From positions 1,025,512-1,089,511 of the forward strand of contig OY969693.1 of the NCBI GenBank assembly GCA_963701995.1: a stretch of 64,000 nt of DNA, written 5' to 3'. This document shows, piece by piece, positions 60,572 to 64,000 of the stretch. The notes below the pieces were generated by a model that made no database searches, was not told where the DNA came from, and saw only the letters and a list, made by a program, of their open reading frames with translations. Each line of letters starts with the position of its first letter. The stretch's first letter is position 1. Both the position numbers and the translations under genes were made by a program. The stretch comes from Methanobacteriota archaeon (GTDB lineage: Archaea; Halobacteriota; Bog-38; Methanoflorentales; Methanoflorentaceae).

Positions 60572-61837
60572 CTATGACTGTCGCGGATCAGCGATCTCGC
60601 CTTTGAGGGCCGTCGCTGCGGCTGTAGCGGGAGAGGCAAGGTATACGAGCCCCTCAGCCCCCATCCTCCCCTTGAAATTTCTGTTGGAAGTTGAAAGACA
60701 GGCCTCCCCCCGTCCCAGAACCCCGTTATGCGCGCCGAGACATGGCCCGCACCCGGGACTGCAAACGGTAGCCCCAGCTTGAATTAATGTCTCCAGGACC
60801 CCCGTTCGTATAGAATTTAATAGCACGAGCTTCGACGCTGGAACGACGATCGTCCTTACGGCAACTGTCTCACCGCGCAGAATGCTCGCTGCCGCCTGAA
60901 GATCTTCAAAACGTCCATTCGTGCACGAACCTATGAACACTTGGTCAATAGCTGTGCCCACTACCTCTTCGACATCCTTCACGTTGTCCACGTGATGGGG
61001 ACAAGCGACCTGAGGCCCCAAGTCATCGACCTCGACGTTCAGCTCATCAGCGTACACGGCATTGTCATCAGAATAACATGGCTGGCACTCCACTTGTGGT
61101 GTAAGGCGCTTAAGGTACGCAAAAGTCTTGCGATCTGGAGGCACGATGCCTGCTTTCGCGCCTACTTCGACTGCCATATTGCTCAGAGTAAGCCTACTTT
61201 CCAAGGTTAGGTCGGCCGTCGTTGTACCATAGAATTCCAGAGCTTTGTACGACGCGCCATCGGCCCCCATAATCCCTGCAATGTTAAGAATCACGTCTTT
61301 GGCGGTTACGTGGTCTCGGAGTTTTCCGTTGAGCACAATCTTCAGCGTTTCAGGCACCTTCAACCACAGCGTTCCTGTTGCAAACACCTCTGCGATGTCG
61401 GTCGCACCCACTCCTGTTGCGAAAGCTCCCAGTGCTCCGTATGTGCAAGAGTGCGAATCCGCTCCGACAACCAAGGTGCCTGGAAGGGCGAGCCCGTTCT
61501 CGACCATGAGTTGATGGCATATCCCATCACCGACGTCAAAGAAGCTCGTAATTCTGTGGCGTTTTGTCCACGTGCGGATTGTTTTTTGAAGGGTCGCGGC
61601 TATCTCCGTGCTAGCTGGGGCAATATGGTCAAAGACAATGGTGACCCTGTGTGGATCCCAAACAGAGGAAGCGCCCATGTCCTCGAATGCTTTTACGGCA
61701 AGCACACTCGTGCCATCGTGGGCCATTGCTGCGTCAACACGCGCCAGAATAAAATCCTTAGCGCTAGCCGCTTTTCCTGACGCCTTGGAGAGAATCTTCT
61801 CGCTAATAGTTCTTGGAGCATCCAAAGCGCTCTTCAC
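60572..61837 (-). CDS. aksD: Homoaconitase/isopropylmalate isomerase large subunit
   Basis: [33 protein letters not shown] and STSNRNF.GRMG motifs. Confidence 0.78.
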   Translation of the reverse strand: MKSALDAPRTISEKILSKASGKAASAKDFILARVDAAMAHDGTSVLAVKAFEDMGASSVWDPHRVTIVFDHIAPASTEIAATLQKTIRTWTKRHRITSFFDVGDGICHQLMVENGLALPGTLVVGADSHSCTYGALGAFATGVGATDIAEVFATGTLWLKVPETLKIVLNGKLRDHVTAKDVILNIAGIMGADGASYKALEFYGTTTADLTLESRLTLSNMAVEVGAKAGIVPPDRKTFAYLKRLTPQVECQPCYSDDNAVYADELNVEVDDLGPQVACPHHVDNVKDVEEVVGTAIDQVFIGSCTNGRFEDLQAAASILRGETVAVRTIVVPASKLVLLNSIRTGVLETLIQAGATVCSPGCGPCLGAHNGVLGRGEACLSTSNRNFKGRMGAEGLVYLASPATAAATALKGEIADPRQS

Positions 61838-62033
61838 CGTGTACTATTTGCTGCCCGTTGATGATCAACCTATGTTTTGATCAACCAGCCGCGAGGCGTT
61901 GGAGTGCTGACGTCAACCTAAGCAACTAAGACTGAAGCGGACGGCCCCTGTGTGGACTGGTTGATCTCTGAAGACTAGTAACGTATTTAAGTTGCGGCTA
62001 TGAATGTGTAAAGCGAACTTCATCGGGTCGTTT

Positions 62034-63188
62034 ATGAATCCTTTTGGATCTTCTTCATTGCCTAAGGCAGCTATTGGCCAGATAGAGATTTGTGACGTCA
62101 CGCTGCGTGACGGTGAGCAGGCTCCCGGTGTCGTTTTTGGCGTTGACGAAAAAGTTGAGATTGCGACAAAGCTTGACGCAGTTGGCGTTGAGATGATAGA
62201 GGCCGGTTTTCCCGCCGTTTCAGCGAAAGAAAAGGCTATGGTGAAAAAAATTGCTAATTTGGGTCTAAACACCAAGATATGCTGCCTTTCGCGAGCGATT
62301 TTCCACGACATCGATGAAGCGTTAGATTGCGATGTGGATGTGGTGGGTCTGTTCATGGCTACCTCAGATCTGCATCTCAAGCACAAGTATCATCGCAGTT
62401 TTGATGAAATGCTGGAGTGCGCACTGTCAACGCTCGAATATGCAAAGGAACACGGGCTCATTGTGAGGTTTGCGGCAGAAGACGCGACTAGGACTGATCC
62501 AGAAGTGCTTAAGCGCTTTTTTAGACAAGGTGAGGAGCACGGGGCTGATTATGTTAACATCGCAGATACCGTCGGTGCGCTGAGGCCGTCCACGTGCTAC
62601 GATCTGGTATCTGCGATGAAAACGGTCGTTAACCTGCCGCTTTGCATTCATTGCCATAACGATCTCGGTATGGCCGTAGCAAACACTATAACGGCTGCAG
62701 AAGCCGGGGCGTTTCAACTCCACACAACGGTGAACGGGATAGGGGAACGAGTCGGAAACACCCCGCTTGAGGAACTTCTTGTCGCGCTGCGCCTGCAGTT
62801 TGGAATCGATACCTACGACCTTTCGAAATTGATGGGGCTGTCCAAAACAGTCGAACATCATTCACGATTGCGCTTGCCGAAGAACAAACCGGTCGTCGGG
62901 TTGAATGCATTCTCTCATGAATCTGGCATACACGTAGCGGCCGTGCTGGAGGAGGCCGAGACGTATGAACTATTCTCGCCTGACTTAGTAGGCAACAAGA
63001 GACGAATCGTCATTGGCAAGCACACCGGAAAAAAAGCCCTGCAGTACGTCATCGCTCAGTTAGGCTACCGACCCACCCGGGATGAGCTCTGTCAGATCCT
63101 CGACGACGTAAAACGCGTTTGTGAGACAAAGAAATCAGTCTCTCAGGAGGAGCTCGAGGATATAATCAGAACCGTGATGTACCGATAG
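62034..63188 (+). CDS. aksA: Homocitrate synthase (no C-terminal regulatory domain)
   Basis: DVTLRDGEQAPG, EAGFP, AEDATR, HCHNDLG and HESGIH motifs; short length; alternative start at 62004. Confidence 0.78.
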   Translation: MNPFGSSSLPKAAIGQIEICDVTLRDGEQAPGVVFGVDEKVEIATKLDAVGVEMIEAGFPAVSAKEKAMVKKIANLGLNTKICCLSRAIFHDIDEALDCDVDVVGLFMATSDLHLKHKYHRSFDEMLECALSTLEYAKEHGLIVRFAAEDATRTDPEVLKRFFRQGEEHGADYVNIADTVGALRPSTCYDLVSAMKTVVNLPLCIHCHNDLGMAVANTITAAEAGAFQLHTTVNGIGERVGNTPLEELLVALRLQFGIDTYDLSKLMGLSKTVEHHSRLRLPKNKPVVGLNAFSHESGIHVAAVLEEAETYELFSPDLVGNKRRIVIGKHTGKKALQYVIAQLGYRPTRDELCQILDDVKRVCETKKSVSQEELEDIIRTVMYR

Positions 63189-64000
63189 CTCCGGAGTTTT
63201 GACGAGGACCGTACTTTGAGCAGGTGGCCCGTATAACGACGACGAGCGTTCCTGTCGAGTTGCTCACGGCTCGCAGAAGATCTACAAATGACATTTCATT
63301 CATATCCGTTGCGTCCACTAACTTGTAAGTGATACCATAGTTTCGGCATAGGGCACCGATCAAATCAGAGATCTCGGGCGTCGGCTGCCCCCCCGTTATG
63401 GCTGATATTCGGTTTTCGAGCACAAACACCTTTACGTTCCGCTTAAACACTGCCGCGCTCGTTAGTGCTGCGATGCCGCTGTGTAAGAACGCGTAGTCTC
63501 CTAGTATTGCAAGTCCGCCTTGTTCAAACCCCGAAGCCACGCCAATTGCTGAGCCGAGTGAATAAGCTACGTCGATCAATTTAAAAGGTGGATTGGCGGT
63601 CCGTATTATGCAGCCCATGTCCCCCGCAATCATCGCATCAACTTGGCCCAGAGCGCGGTAGAAAGGCAAGAAGGGGCAATCATCGCAGATGTCTTCCGTG
63701 TAACGTCTGGTTTCGAGTGTCTCGACATCAAACCGTGCCGATATGTAATCTGCCTCAATATAGGTCAACGCTTGAGTCACATCGTTGGATGTTAGCTCAC
63801 CGAAGCGGGGCACGTGTCCAGACAGTTTGCCGAGGACTTTCGCGTGAATGGATTCTTCAATAAGCGGTGAGCTCTCTTCGACGACTAGGACTCGGTTGTG
63901 CTCTTCAAGAAACGAATCAATTCGGCGCTCACATAGCGGGTTGACAATGCCGAGTCTGAGGTGCGCTACATCGTCTCGTCCCTGGATTGCATCATCCACC
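63166..64000 (-). CDS. IorA-like TPP-dependent 2-oxoacid oxidoreductase subunit, 3' part (runs off the window), with no C-terminal ferredoxin domain
   Basis: LVVEE, C..CP, GD.GC, GD..F.HSG and N...A.TGGQP motifs. Confidence 0.78.
   Translation of the reverse strand, partial: VDDAIQGRDDVAHLRLGIVNPLCERRIDSFLEEHNRVLVVEESSPLIEESIHAKVLGKLSGHVPRFGELTSNDVTQALTYIEADYISARFDVETLETRRYTEDICDDCPFLPFYRALGQVDAMIAGDMGCIIRTANPPFKLIDVAYSLGSAIGVASGFEQGGLAILGDYAFLHSGIAALTSAAVFKRNVKVFVLENRISAITGGQPTPEISDLIGALCRNYGITYKLVDATDMNEMSFVDLLRAVSNSTGTLVVVIRATCSKYGPRQNSGAIGTSRF

Noticed and set aside
61865..61876. 8-nt complementarity of the putative C/D guide to the tRNA-Leu(GAG) anticodon arm
   Set aside because: The match is too short and has a mismatch beside the D+5 position, so it is likely chance.
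4335..63863. Many 60-250 aa alternative-frame or antisense ORFs (e.g. 4335-5015, 23162-23920, 33271-33912, 59606-60166)
   Set aside because: They are shadows of well-supported genes and have no recognisable motifs.
1..64000. CRISPR arrays, transposases, integrases, rRNA, and Sec/Pyl read-through
   Set aside because: No regularly spaced repeats, mobile-element motifs, rRNA sequence or in-frame stops within conserved domains were seen by eye.

Overview
Core-genome segment of an archaeon, most likely a Methanomicrobia-like member of Halobacteriota (DnaK/DnaJ/GrpE, DacZ, PGF-CTERM, RpoD with a ferredoxin domain, homoaconitase with a YLRT loop). The lineage is inferred from gene content only. From left to right: (1) core methionine synthase (partial), AI-2E transporter, and dimeric dUTPase/EndoQ/DacZ; (2) an ~18.5 kb glycan biosynthesis locus (glmM, two glmU paralogs, wecB-like, aglH-like, a large GT-C protein, flippase, GT4, CapD-like, acetyltransferase, radical SAM, epimerase, LmbE deacetylase and a BshC-like protein), in which several enzymes carry substituted catalytic motifs; (3) grpE-dnaK-dnaJ-nadE, trm5 and the diphthamide genes; (4) the conserved rps13...rpoD...rps2-mevalonate-rnj-gltX superoperon, containing a pseudo-enolase; (5) SRP RNA-tRNA-Ser and rtcB-archease; (6) a GT4/GT2/flippase trio, a PGF-CTERM thioredoxin, purSQ and rmlB; (7) an aksADEF-like 2-oxoacid elongation cluster flanked by a Cys-rich unknown protein, an HPF-like ORF and a truncated IorA-like TPP enzyme. 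Six tRNAs are present, three with canonical BHB introns. No CRISPR array, integrase or transposase was seen. The best candidates for novelty are the BshB/BshC-like pair inside the glycan locus and the accessory genes around the aks cluster. All family calls come from motif recognition by eye, not database searches.
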